Translations under genes and position numbers: made by a program
NCBI GenBank assembly: GCA_002633005.1
Contig: NMRA01000231.1
Location: 510,122-574,121 of the forward strand
Length of the DNA: 64,000 nt
Direction of reading: 5' to 3'
Source: Phoronis australis
Taxonomy: Eukaryota > Animalia > Phoronida
Shown: one piece after another, positions 1-12,397 of the stretch
Position numbering within the stretch: the first letter of the stretch is position 1
How the letters are laid out: each line of letters starts with the position of its first letter
The notes under the pieces: generated by a model
Databases searched by the model: none
What the model was told of the DNA's origin: nothing
The model's input: the letters and a program-made list of their open reading frames with translations, nothing else

Positions 1-243
1 TGTTTGTCCAAAGTTCACCCGCTAAGTCATAAAATGCTAATTGCCGACCAAGGACACGCTTAATCCGAATTGGTCGTCTACGCTAGGCGACCAATTAGCC
101 GACCCAAGTGCCGACCACAGAGGCGACTAAGCAGACGGCTCCTAGCCGACCATTGTTGGTCGGCTGGTGGTCGGCTAGACGACCGGTCGACGGCCGGTCG
201 TCGACCAATTTCCGACCGGTCGGCCAAAAATTCGTGATGTGTG
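1..243. mobile_element. End of a non-autonomous DNA transposon rich in CCGACC/GGTCGG sub-repeats (EnSpm/CMC-like CAC terminus)
   Basis: Dense direct and inverted CGACC/GGTCG motifs ending in ...GATGTGTG (CACACATC on the minus strand). The other end lies outside the window. Confidence 0.45.
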
Positions 244-245
244 CT

Positions 246-356
246 GTAGTTACTAAGGTGCGTGGTCATTGTTTGTGGATACTTTGGGATTCCTCTTCTG
301 TGGTCATCCACGGGAACCCTGGCCGCATAGAGAACAATAGATTAGCATCTTCACTG
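246..356 (+). repeat. Dispersed repeat, with a second copy at about 41493-41604
   Basis: tagttactaaggtgcgtggtcattgtttgtggatactttgg...gattagcatcttca is nearly identical at both places. Confidence 0.85.
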
Positions 357-856
357 TTATAATAAAGATATAATGACGAGCACTTATCTGCAACGGTAGA
401 AGCGGAACTTAATGAAAAGGTCACGTCAGTGTCAGTTGTATGTAAACACACCCTCAACTGATGTTCGTGAGACTTTTTGCACGACTTGTAATGCATTTTT
501 CAGGATACTTAAAATGGTAACGTACTATAGATTTTGGAAAGAAATAGAATGAATAGAAAACCGCTTCAGAACATATTTATTACAAGAAAGTGAAGTCCGA
601 CCTACAAAACTGCAGCAGTATTTGTGTTGACAAAAATGAAACATTTATAAATGTGTATTTTGCAGACTATGCATTTCAAATACGATTGATGTTGGAATAG
701 TATACAGTGTCTTTCGCTAATTCTTCAATTTCTCAAGTTTCATACATGATAAACACTTTTACTGATTCAATTGTACTTGTACAAAAAATTCTCCTACATC
801 TATTTACAAAATTGTTGCACTGTGTTGTCATTAGGGGTAACTTAACGCCAAAATGT

Positions 857-984
857 ACACCTTATTCACGCAGTCGCCATTTTATAGTGAGCCTCTTTTT
901 AGTTTTGAAAAAGAAGGCTTCCTGAGCTTAATCACAGCGCTTTCGCCAATTAAAAATGGCGACTGCGTACATAATGTAAGGTCT
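857..984. mobile_element. Small MITE
   Basis: Inverted ends accttattcacgcagtcgccatttt ... aaaatggcgactgcgt...taaggt. Confidence 0.55.
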
Positions 985-1781
985 ATGGCGGAATCTGTTA
1001 GTCTGCACTCCAATATATACTAAACAAGCGTTTTTTTGTTTCAGGGAATGTAGTCAAGGAACACAGAAGTGCTAGTGCAAGCTTTATAGTAAAAGTGACA
1101 AGCATCAGGCGCCAAGGAGGGTAGACGGAGATCGCGTCAAGCCGCCAAAGTTGCCGCCCATTCTACTAACGTGCCTGAGACAGTTTAGTAAAAAGTTGTT
1201 ACCTATTAGTTGCTTAGTTTTTATGTAGATACTTTATCTTAGTTTTTATTTACTCATTTTTGAAAGTATTTTACCTTAGTTGTTCACATATCAATAAAAG
1301 TATCAAAGAATACGAGCTTTTGCTTCTTGTAAGTCACATTTGCACATGCAATAGGATTGAAAACACAAACAAAGCACACAGTTGCAGGTGTTAAACAACT
1401 TGACGCACTGAAAAATATCGTTTCATTACACTCAGAACAGTACTATTCTTGCGTTGGTCCTGTAAAAGCAACATAAACGGTTCAACACTGGCACTCTGCT
1501 GACCCACCACTGCACTTTCACCAATAGGATTAGTGTACCGGCTTAAAATGGACCACCACAATGTGTGAAAACTGGTCCTTTATGAGGCTGAAACCGGTTG
1601 TGTTGTATTGGCTCAGTAATGTCCTGTTGCTAGCCCTTTATTGGCCCGGTATAGTAACCCTGTTCCCGCCCAATACCAGACGGGTGTACAAGATGTTATT
1701 GGGCCAGTACTGGCCTACAGTGTTGGATCAATGCAGAAGACAGTAGAGGGTCTCTGTTAGCTGAATTACCTGCAGCTTTAC

Positions 1782-2014
1782 CTGGTACTGATGTTGATTG
1801 TTGGTCAGGCCCCACAGTTTTTTCCACATCAGTTTTTTCCACATCAGTTTTTTCCACATCAGTTTTTTCAATCGCGTTTTCGTCAATAAGAGCCGGCGGC
1901 GGTTTTTGTATTGATTTCACTTGACAGGAGTACTTGTTCTGGTCGTTTGGATTACCAGCTGTTTTCAGTACCAAGGTGTCTTTATCTGTCCCTTTATAGC
2001 TGAATCTCTTGTCA
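1782..2014 (-). CDS. Internal exon E of the Ig-superfamily gene (C-terminal half of the third Ig domain plus an acidic repeat segment)
   Basis: Acceptor ttcatcttcacag| in phase 2, matching exon D. Donor CAG|gtaaag (alternative CAG|gtaatt ends the exon at 1770). Translates (N)DKRFSYKGTDKDTLVLKTAGNPNDQNKYSCQVKSIQKPPPALIDENAIEKTDVEKTDVEKTDVEKTVGPDQQSTSVP, with a DxxxYxC motif. Confidence 0.8.
1817..1870 (-). repeat. Coding 15-bp tandem repeat (GAAAAAACTGATGTG) x3 plus a partial copy, encoding EKTDV
   Basis: Perfect repeats of cacatcagttttttc on the + strand inside exon E. Confidence 0.95.
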
Positions 2015-3499
2015 CTGTGAAGATGAAATTACTAATTAAGTCAACACCATGTGAATTTGTTGTAGACGTTGCGATTTGACAATATTGTTCAGCAGCGAAA
2101 TCTTTGTTGTTCACGCGTTTATAGGTCAAAATATAGTACGTTTCTGAGAACACCTGAAATGAAAATGACTTAATTAGAAAACATGGCCAATGTTTCGTAT
2201 GCGAGTAAAAGGGCACAAACCGTTATTTCTGGATATAAAACTACATGTATGTAATATGGTTTTAGCCCATCAGTCCTGATCAAAATGTCAAGTAGTGACT
2301 AAGATTAAAAAATATCTCTTAGCAAAAACATTCTATAAATGATTAAACAGTACAATAAAAACAACCAGAAACCTAGACTACATGTGTAGAGAATTCTTAA
2401 ATGGTGAAAACTGAACGCACAGTTCCCTCTCTCTTTGGGTACGATATAGCGGTGCTGCATATTGCTGTATGTTCCTACGTCTCGGCCTAATATTCGAATT
2501 TTGATGTTTCCTCATACGAGAACCCAAATGACCCACAGCAACATATTCTAGACAAAAGTATAAGCCCTTATGCTACTATGGGGCTATGTCATCATAAACA
2601 CGGTACACGTGGAGATCCGAAGTTAACGAGGCCACAGATTCAAAGTACACATCACCCTGAGTACATTTATAAACGGCTGTTGGCACAGCAATGTTCAAGT
2701 TTATGACATTTATCGTGTCCAGGTAGTAGTATGTGCTCTAAATTAGTAAAGCAAATGAAAGAGTGGTATGATGTTTCAGTTATATCGCTACAAAAACGAC
2801 CTTTTCCACGGGCGTACCTTGCCGGTTTTACCCTAGAGAGGCTTGCTCATTAGATAATTGATCAAACATTTTACTCAGTATGTGGAGTAAATAATTGCGG
2901 ATTATCGGTTGCTTCACGACAATGATATATCCTAAATTATCAATAATAGATTCATTAGGCGTCGCCTCGCTGCTACCCATTGATGAATGATTGTAGCAAC
3001 TCTTTAGACTATGGTAGAGGATTGGCCTGCCAGTAATTATGCGAGACAATAGCAAGAATTTTCGGTAAATAAGCACATGGGCAAGTATTCGAAAAATGAA
3101 AATTTTCAGTCGTTTTGTCAACACAAATGCCGGGATGTGTTGAATACACGTGCCTGAATTAAGTGGTTTTCTGACTTCTACATTTTTACTAAAACAACAG
3201 CCTGTTTGTTTTTATTAATGATAGATGCTCCACAAAACTGAATTTGGGACTAAAACGTGACAACGGGGAGGGAGGGGCTTTTAAAAGGAAATTTTCTGAA
3301 CAAACGCCCCAGTATCTAACAATCCGACACCAGATATTGTAACACCAAATAAAGGCCCATGGGTGTTTATTTGGCATAATTTTCCGAATAAACGCCCATG
3401 GGTCTCATCAGGTGGGATTACCTATAGAAAATCCTTGTAAAAATGGACAAGATGGATGTCTGGACTGGCCTCGATGTAGAAGTGGCCGTCGTCTGGAGT

Positions 3500-6400
3500 T
3501 GAAACAACATTTTCGGTTGTGCAATGCCAGAAGGGACAATGTTATTATACATGTACATGGTACACTGTATGAAGGAGGAGGTCAACGAGTCATGGGACAA
3601 AACTGCTGAATTCGTACAACAAGTGGCTGATGATTTAACAATAGGCGAGAAGTCTATTGACCGTGCACACCGTCCTCTGGCAGAAAACAGCAAAACAGAA
3701 ATCGACCAATAATCGCAAAAGTATCGGCGGAAAGCAAATCTGCTCTCATGAAGAAGCGTACAGACATGCCAGAAGAGGTTCACATAACTGAAAATTTCTC
3801 GTCGTAAGTTAGAGTGGCCAGGAAAAAGTTATACACTTTCAAAATGGAGAAGAGGATGGAACATGCTAAAATCACATTCGACAAGATGATCAACGGTAAA
3901 GAAACCTACTGCTACGACGAAGAACAAGACATAGTCAAACGAAGAACAGGTTTTCGAAGGTCAGCTGACAGAGGCATCAATGATGAAGCAGACCCTGACG
4001 CAGAATAGCAACTTCATGAACAGAGCATCGATTTGAATATAGGATCCTGGAATATAGAAGGACTGGACTTCAAAATGAAGTCATCTTCTCAGGAAATATA
4101 TGAATTGTTGAGTTACGTGATATAATTGGTTTCATTGAATCATTCCAAAAATCACCTACATAATTTGAAACGTTTTTCTATAACTATACCGTCCACTCTG
4201 CAATTCGCCCCCTGGTGGGATCAGGAGTCGTCACTGTGTTAGTAAAAAATAATTTGGCACAGAATGTTACGCGCATGATTTAAACGATCGTGTCTATTTA
4301 TACATAAAGATATGTACCCCCATAGCGAAATGCAACATGTCATTATAGGTTTTATGTACCTGCCTCCAGAGGGTTCTGATTATAGCCAAAGAAGTGAATT
4401 GGAGCAGTTATATAATGACATCATACATTTTAATGTTTCAGGTACATGTAAACTAAGCCAAACCAGATTAATTCTTGCAAGTGACTTCAATGCCAGTACT
4501 GGCACTGTCTATGACTTCATTGCTGATGACAGTAGAAAATATGTTACTGTTATATAAGATACATGTAGCTGTGTCTATGTAAAAGATGATTTCGCCAAAC
4601 CAAGGAAAAACCAAGATGCCAAAACTAATAATTTTGGTAAAAGTTTAATTGATTTAAGTATGGGTTATGGTATCCACATTGTTAATGGTAGATCGAAATC
4701 TGATCCTGATGGCAATTTTACTTTTGTTTCGAGAAGAGGTTGTAGCACCATTGATTATGTTCTTGCAGAGACATCGTTGTTCGAGTACATTCAAGATTTT
4801 AGAGTATTGCAATGTGATTTATCGCTGCATTTTCCTTTACTTTGTACCCTCAGTACCCCTGCAAAATTATATCAGAAACTTACTGGTGAACCTTATATAG
4901 CATTCCAAAAACGAGTAAGATATAGATGGCATAATGAGGAAGCATGTGTATTTTTAGAAAAGTCAGGAAGGAAACGATAAGTGTCGAGAAATTATGAGTT
5001 GTGTTGATATTGACATAAATGAGAGTGCTAAAGACTTAGTAGACTAACTCCCGTCATGTGGAGCGGGCATGCTCGTGAGGCAAGGCAGGTGTGTAAGTAA
5101 AATGCCTAGACCCGGGTGGTTTGACAGTGAATGTAAAGAGATGAAACTACAAAAGAAGCGTCTACTGCGAGAATTTAGGGTGTCTCCGAGTGACTTAGAC
5201 CTGAGAAATTATCTTGCTAGTAGACATGAGTACACAAAGTTATATAATAAGACGAAAAAGCGATACCATACCGATAAACAAAGTGAGCCTTGTAAGTCAT
5301 TGGGGAATCCTAATAGACTTTGGAACTTTATAAAACAAAGCTTGTCAGAGCCAGTATACGATACAAAGCCTGATAATAATTATACAACTGAATTGGAGTG
5401 GTTTAGATATTTCAGTAACCTGTTTGATACTAAGTTTGCATGAAACTTTTGGTGACCTAGTTAGAAAGACTTTTGATGAGCATGACGCACAGTGTGAGCG
5501 TTGTAGACACCCACAGAGTGAGCGTGATGTAGCCAGTGCCTTTGACATGGATTAACTAAATGCCGGTATTAGAGCAGATGAATTAATAAGGGCCATTAAG
5601 AAACAAAGGAAAAATAAATCTCACGGCTGAATTCTATGAGTGTTTCCTTGAGTCCACAGTAGAACTTCTCCACAAACTTTTTAATAGAATTTAAATACCG
5701 AGCATTATCTATCCCAATGGTCAAAAAGTATGATTGTGCCATGTTACAAAATAGGAGACAAATTTAATCCAAATAATTACAGAGAGATCTCCGTTATAGA
5801 TAGCATTAATATTTTTTACAAATTTTCTTTATTCTCGTATAATTGGATGGTCGAATAACACGAAATGTATCATGGAAGAACAAGCAGGCTTTAGGACTGG
5901 GTACTCTACAATCGATAACATTTTTAACCTACAGTGTAACATCCAGAAACATATCACTAAACGGAAGGGGAAAGTATATTGTGTATTTGTTGATTTTAAT
6001 AAGGCATTTGATAGCGAAGATATTTCCCGTTTATTTTATGTCCTTTTCACCAAAGGTTTTCATGAAAAATATTTAACATTTTGCACAGTACGTACGTATG
6101 TAGGCAGAGGTATACGTACCTCTCCGGGTGGTGATATAGGTTCTCTGTTTTTTGCTGATGATTTAGTGCTGGTGTCGAATACTCTTGCTGGGCTATAGAT
6201 GAAGCTCGATGTCCTCGAAAAGTTTTGTCAAGACTGGAACTTGGAAGTTGAATTTGGGAAAACGAATGTTGTGGTATTTAAGTGAGGGGGCATGCTTTCA
6301 AGTATTGAAAGGTGGCTTTTGGCGATAAGAAAGCAGATACCAAATCGTACTAAAAGTACCTAGGATTCAAATTCTCCTGCAGACTTAAATGGACAGAGTG

Positions 6401-7120
6401 TTGTATCTATTTGACAAAATTACTGGGTATGGTACTTAGGTACCCACTGAATTGTTATAGTACGCTTAGGGAAAAAAGTGAAAATGGTAATTGTAACTGG
6501 GCACACCGTGTCAAAGAAATTTTGTATAGGTACGGCTATGGAGAAGTGTGGTTATTTGGCCCAGGCAATAGTGCTGAGTTTATTATGCTATTCAAACAGA
6601 GATTAATGGATTGTGACGTACAGGAATGGCTACTGGAAATAGGTAGCTCAAATGAATTTGAATTCTACAATCTTATTAAACGTAATCTTGTCAGCGAGCA
6701 ATATGTGAATTGTTTAAGCGCCTATTTGAGAAAAATACTTGCGCAATTTCGGTGTTCAGGTCACTCACTTAATATAGAGAAAGGGAGACATATGGGTACT
6801 CCTAGAGGTGGGAAAATATGCGGCATTTGCTGTCTGGATGAAATTGAAGATGACCATCATTTCATGTGTCGATGCCCTGTTCTTGGAGACATTAGAAGAA
6901 ATCTTCTCCCAGAGCTTGTCAATGTTAGCTCTTCTCTTGTTAGGTTATTGCAACAGCGCCTCACATTCTATATTCAGAAGGCTATGGCTTTTTAAAAGAG
7001 AATAACTGCTCTCCTTGTAAATATTCTGAATATACGTTTGAATTTATGTATATATGTATGAGTAGGCAAAGCCTACGATGTACAATAAACATTATTGTTA
7101 AAATTATTACTATTACTATT
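3500..7120 (+). mobile_element. Decayed near-full-length non-LTR retrotransposon (RTEX-like): ORF1 RRM, APE endonuclease, RT, C-terminal Cys/His motif
   Basis: ORF1 motifs RRDNVII(HV)HG and IDRAHR. APE motifs IGSWNIEG, ILASDFNA and GCSTIDY. RT motifs EEQAGFR..YSTIDNIF, FVDFNKAFDS and LFFADDLVL, with a deletion near 6090. C-terminus FRCSGHSLNIEKGR...ICGIC...EDDHHFMCRCP. AATAAA followed by a (TAT/TAC)-type tail. Many stops and frameshifts. Confidence 0.9.
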
Positions 7121-7860
7121 ATCTAATAACATATTTATCTGGATTTGCTAGAAGGCGTATACAGGATTCTTGAGTTGGGTGCATCCATTGAACTTCTTTC
7201 ATAAAACGTGACCTAAGCCTAGTATATCCCTTGCAAATTAACGGGAAGTTGTATTCATCCTCTACAAAACCATCAATGTAAATCAAACATAATGCATTAT
7301 AATGTTCCACTTTCTCGTGCCTGCACATTTCCACTTTTAGTCTACTTTTAGTTGGGACAAAGTAACCGAGTAAACGCTTGAATAAGATTATTATGTAACG
7401 GTAACTTAAGATACTGTTCAAAGCAGAAGACAGCTAAGAACAAGGTTGGCGATCAAAAATTGAGCATAATGCAAAATTTAAATACTACTGCTATTCTTTG
7501 CTTGAAGACACTTAAAAACGAGACTTCGCATGTGATACCTTCATTCAACCAAATTTCGTAAAAACCGTATTTCGCACTTGTCTAACAGAAGATATCCAAG
7601 TATTTCTTCTCTTCCGATCTAAATCAACTAACATTTCATAAACCGCTTTAGCATACATGTATCTCGTAGGCAGAATTTTCAACAAATTTAGACAACATTT
7701 TACACATGACATAGTACTTTGCATAGAGCGGATAAATTCCACATTCGCCCACTACAGCTGCGTTAGAGCAGGAGTTTTCAACTACAAGAGCAATTCTACA
7801 GAATTTCACATATTCATTTTCAAGCCATTTATATTCATTTGAAAGCCCAGATTTGTGCAC
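7119..7860 (-). mobile_element. 5'-truncated 3' fragment of a second RTEX-like LINE, tail to tail with the first
   Basis: KFCRIAL..NSCSNAAVVGECGIYPL, WISSVRQ and LKVEMCRH...VEDEYNFPLICKGYTRLR match the same C-terminal region as the neighbouring element. Confidence 0.8.
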
Positions 7861-8435
7861 CGTAGGTCATAATTGGCACGGCAAAGAGTTCAAGTTACAG
7901 ACTCAATGACAATCCGAGCACCGGTTCTGCATTTTAGAGATAGACATAGCAGCTTCACTACCTTGATGTGCCAGAATGACAGTTCTTAGCTTTAAATTGT
8001 TTTCAAAAATGCTTCTTCTGACCAAGGAGAATAAGGGCACTTTGTCTAAACGTTACAACGTAGACAAACCGATGTATGTTATGGGTCTTTTCGTACGAGT
8101 GAAATAAGAAGAAAATTGTGAGTCGTTACTGAACTTACTTGAGATAAAAGGACATCTGCTGGCATTTTCAAGCCCCGAAGTACATGAATGTGTTACAATG
8201 TAGACCCGTACGAAAGCAACGCTATTGGTGTCTAGTGTAGGCAGGAAATGACCGTGTACTATTCGAGAAATAATTAGGCAATTTGCATACTTTCTTGAGC
8301 CGTATGCTATTGTAAAATGAAAAATGCAGCTAAACATAGCATTCATGTACAGAATCACCGTAAAAGAGTTGGATGTATGCGCGTCAACTTTATCAATTTT
8401 ACAGGAATGGTAATGTTAGAAACTAAATACATTAC

Positions 8436-8574
8436 TTTGGAGATATCTTTTTGTTGTCGAAGAACCAATTGACAACCACGGTGTCCAATCTATGCCTTTC
8501 GAAACCACATGTGATCTCGCTCTTGTCTTGTGAGAATGTCAAGGCATCAGGGCCACTTAACATTACAGGTGGTT
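8436..8574 (-). CDS. Internal exon D of the Ig-superfamily gene (N-terminal half of the third Ig domain)
   Basis: Acceptor aatttcag| and donor |gtaatg. 139 nt, phase 1 to 2. Translates (K)PPVMLSGPDALTFSQDKSEITCGFERHRLDTVVVNWFFDNKKISP, with B-strand Cys and C-strand Trp. Confidence 0.8.
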
Positions 8575-9679
8575 CTGAAATTATATTTCGAGACTCACTA
8601 GTTGATGGTTGCATGAAACAGTTTCAGTAGGGGCTCAACTATGATTCACAAATTGTCAGCAATTTTTTAGACATTGTTTATTCACTTGTGCCATACTTTG
8701 ACAAAAACGTGGATCTTTAAACTGAAACCTTATACTGTAATCATATAAATGAAAACTATTCGAGAGTCGAATCTATAATCAGATGGCATAGAATCTCAAA
8801 ATGTGGCGCAAATATCTGTATGAAATTGGTAAAACTTCGAGTAGATTAGTTGTTTTCGATGTTGCTTGGTGATGATCTCCATCAATCGTATGGTGAGCAT
8901 GTTTTGCCATAATAAACACAAACTGACAAACCATGTGTGCGTGGAAGAACGCACAACGTTTTTGTGATTTAGAAATCGTGGTCCAGTCTTTGTGTAGTAC
9001 ACCGGAATTCACATAGAGGCTCCTGCCAAAAGGTGGGCTCCTTAGTTGCTGCCCACTATTAACAGATGAATGTCCGCTCTTTACTTGGGTTAAAGCGGGT
9101 ACTCATTCTTTTCTGCCGCTGTATCTGTCAATCCATTGCAGAAACTTTCTTAAATTTAGTCAATGTACTTCTATGAGATTGACAATAAAATGCGGCGACT
9201 TTTGGACAGATCAAAGTATCACTCGGCGCTCTCGTGGAAATTTTACTTTTTACATTTTCCTCTATATCTTCGAAGTTCCTAAACAAGCTTCATGAAATTG
9301 ACCTTACGCCAGCAGAAGATAGCACCGCCTATGGTGTCACGTGATGTGGAAGTCGACATCAGAGAGTGGCTTCGTCAAGCAAGACCGGTGTTCTAACTTT
9401 TTTACGTAGAAGTTGGCGAACATTAGCTTCCCTATGAATCTAGCCATGACAAAGACAAAAAGCAAGAGCTCAAAAAAGGTTCCTACGGGAACAAGGTGAA
9501 GATTTACGTCGAGGACACCTAACATGCAAACCGCCCGCGCATGTTTATGAAGTCAAATCCGACGAGCCTCAGCGTCGACAAAAACTGCACGAATGCGTTT
9601 AAAAATAATAGTAAAAATCCTTAAACAATATCAATTCTTCCCTCAAAACAAAACGAATGTTTTACTAAGATATTGTGTT

Positions 9680-10325
9680 TACCAAGAAAGCTACTGATCT
9701 GTAACTGTAACAATTTAGCCGATAATTTCGTGTCCAGTGATCGCCGATGGTCGAGCCGGCGCCGTGACAGATACACGTAAAAAGTCGAATTTCGGAGTAA
9801 TTGTAACCATTCAAATTAACACTTCAAAGGTATAGTGATTTTGATGAAGCAACACCAGCCTAACCCGGTCAGCACCTGAGTGGTGACTGTGATTATGACC
9901 TCTGAAGACAGACTAAACAAAGCACACTTGCCGACTGGGGAATGTTGCCAATCTGTTGTTTTATATATCTTAGTTGTATACTCCGTACATGTCAACCATT
10001 ACGGGCGTATGAGAACAACATTCTGACCGAGTTCCCTCTTAAAATTATCGTCTCTAGCACTCCACGGCGAAAGCTACAAAAGTTAAGCCATCCAGGAACT
10101 CTCAACATTTCTGAAACCGGACTGAGGAGGAGATTTCGAAATCCAGTCAACGCCGATAGCCCCAATACTGAACATGACGACAGTCGTGCCCTCGGTCACA
10201 CGGTCACTGATCATAGCTACGCTGTGTTTACAAGCGAGAAAGAGGACTTGCTTGGTATTATAAAGCAAAAAAATGAAACATGGGTTTTAATTGCACACAC
10301 TATCCAACCTGCTGTCCCATGAGCC
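9680..10325 (+). mobile_element. Possible remnant of a THAP-containing transposase (ISL2EU/Harbinger-like)
   Basis: ORF 9942-10322 contains ENNILTEFP...RRKL...DHSY. DHSY is the HCF-binding tetrapeptide usually found after THAP domains. The THAP core and the TIRs were not clearly recovered. Confidence 0.35.
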
Positions 10326-12397
10326 TTCGCACAGGAAGTAATTCGCACATGCGCAATGCGTAGTTCGTTTGCGCTGCAAATCCGCTATAGGCCGATAACA
10401 ACACTTACAGTCAGTATACATGTAAGAGCCTCTAATAGGTAAGTAGGTAGGCATGCAATGCATTTTGACTCTTGATTGACTACACTTTAGCTCGTTTTCG
10501 TCAGTGCTATGAAAGTGGTTGTCATGTATGGTTATACATGAACCAGAAAGTGATCGCAGACGGAGGCGGCGGTTCACGACTGTAATCCTGAGCAAAATTC
10601 CGGAAAAAATATTAAAAAGAGTGCATACCTTAGAACATACTTGTGTTTAGTTTTCGAGTGGTAAAACAATGTTGACAGGTTAGGCTGCTCGTGCGGGAGT
10701 ACACACAGTTTAATTAATCCACCGTTTTCTCATTACAACGTCACTTTTATGCTTTGGAAAAGGCCAAAAATTGACAGAACTTTCATCCCTGTCTGCATTA
10801 CACACACCACAACAACACCACTTGGATAATTAAAATACACATTGTAGTTGGACGTACATGTATTTCGTGCTACAGCCGCTAATCTTTGTCGAAGAGGTTG
10901 GCGTCTTGAATTGCAGTCCGGAGTAGAGTCCGGAATGCTGCATTCGGATTGGTCAATCGCACCTAGTTGTCATTCATTTTCTGGCGTAAGGTCAATTTGG
11001 CACCGAGGTATTTATACGGATGAAATGACACTGCTTTTTCATTTTTGGATGGATTTGGCGTATGGTGCGCCATGTTGTGGTGGTATTCACTCTACAAAGT
11101 GCATGACTGATAGCGATGTTTGAACGGTCCCACTTATGTGGTTCAATACAAGTTTTTACCAATCTTCTTGGAATTTGACGTGTGTTTCCATTGGTGAGAA
11201 TACAACCGAAGTTGATTTTGGAACAATTTCGTTTTTCTTTGTGTTTTGCCTTGATATCAACCAAATTCCACGATGGAATTTGGCAAATACGTAACTATCA
11301 CACAGACGTGCCATTTTCAGCTCAAATGGATTTGGCCAACGTTGTACACAATAAATAGTCAGGTGGTAGTACTATCGTCATTGTGCCCTTTGTCGTGTGT
11401 TCCAACTTACAACAGCATTTCTTAGTTTCCTCGCATCAAGGTTAACTACCATTGTTCCGTTCAGTGATAATATTTTGAATAATTACCATATCTTGCATCT
11501 GCGCTGTACGTGATGCACATGGTGGGTGGATATCAACGCGTTGCGTTGTTTTTGTTTAATTACGTTGGGAGAAGGCCTCGTCAAATGAAATGAAACCGTG
11601 AGTCACAGTATGTGTATTTTGGCAGATGTCTCGGTTACAATATTTATAATTATAATAATTAGTTCTGTTTTCAGGTAACTGGGTAAATATTAATTTTCAG
11701 TGCAACAACGTACTAACTGATAAGTTTTATTCGTTAGTATTCTGGTGTTGGCTACTATCGCCCTCAAAATACGTAAATGTTGTGCGTTGATACACTTTTC
11801 ACACCCGTGTTCAGCAAGGGCACTTCACGAAGAGTTACGACAAAAATAAAAGTTGAATTAAACGAAACTGAAGTGATTATTTAGGGAGCTGTAACTGTAG
11901 TTTTTGAGATTTTATCCCGGATGCTCATATCAAAAGAAATTTGGCCAACTTGTTGATTTGCTTGTTTGGCCATTAATGTAACATTATTTTTGGCTAAATT
12001 TACTAAGAAGGTCCAAGTGGTGATTCAAGTATGAAGTAAAACAAAAAATAATTTTCTAATGTTTACACAAAATCGATGTCCTTCACAACCTTAAAGTTCG
12101 AAAGATTTGCATTCTTCGTTTTGCCTCAGTCGTGTTAGTGTTGTTGTTTTACGAGCGCGACAGACGAGCGCAATTCACGAGCGTCATGTTACCCATTTTC
12201 ATTGCTCTTACGGCCTACAGCTCTATCGCTCATTGAATAAAGCATAAAACACAGACTTGGCAAAATGGTTGAACGTTAATTAAGTTCGAAAATGAATTCT
12301 TGGTAGTGGCCTGAATTAATTACTGATGGCGTATTTTAACTATATATTAATGGCGTAAATTAATTGTTTGCGACATGAATTAGTTTTAAACCCTTAA

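Noticed and set aside
1965-2216. ORF with a plausible acceptor (tttcag near 2153) as a candidate exon
   Set aside because: No Ig features, and it stops at 1965. The acceptor at 2014 gives the correct phase and completes the Ig domain.
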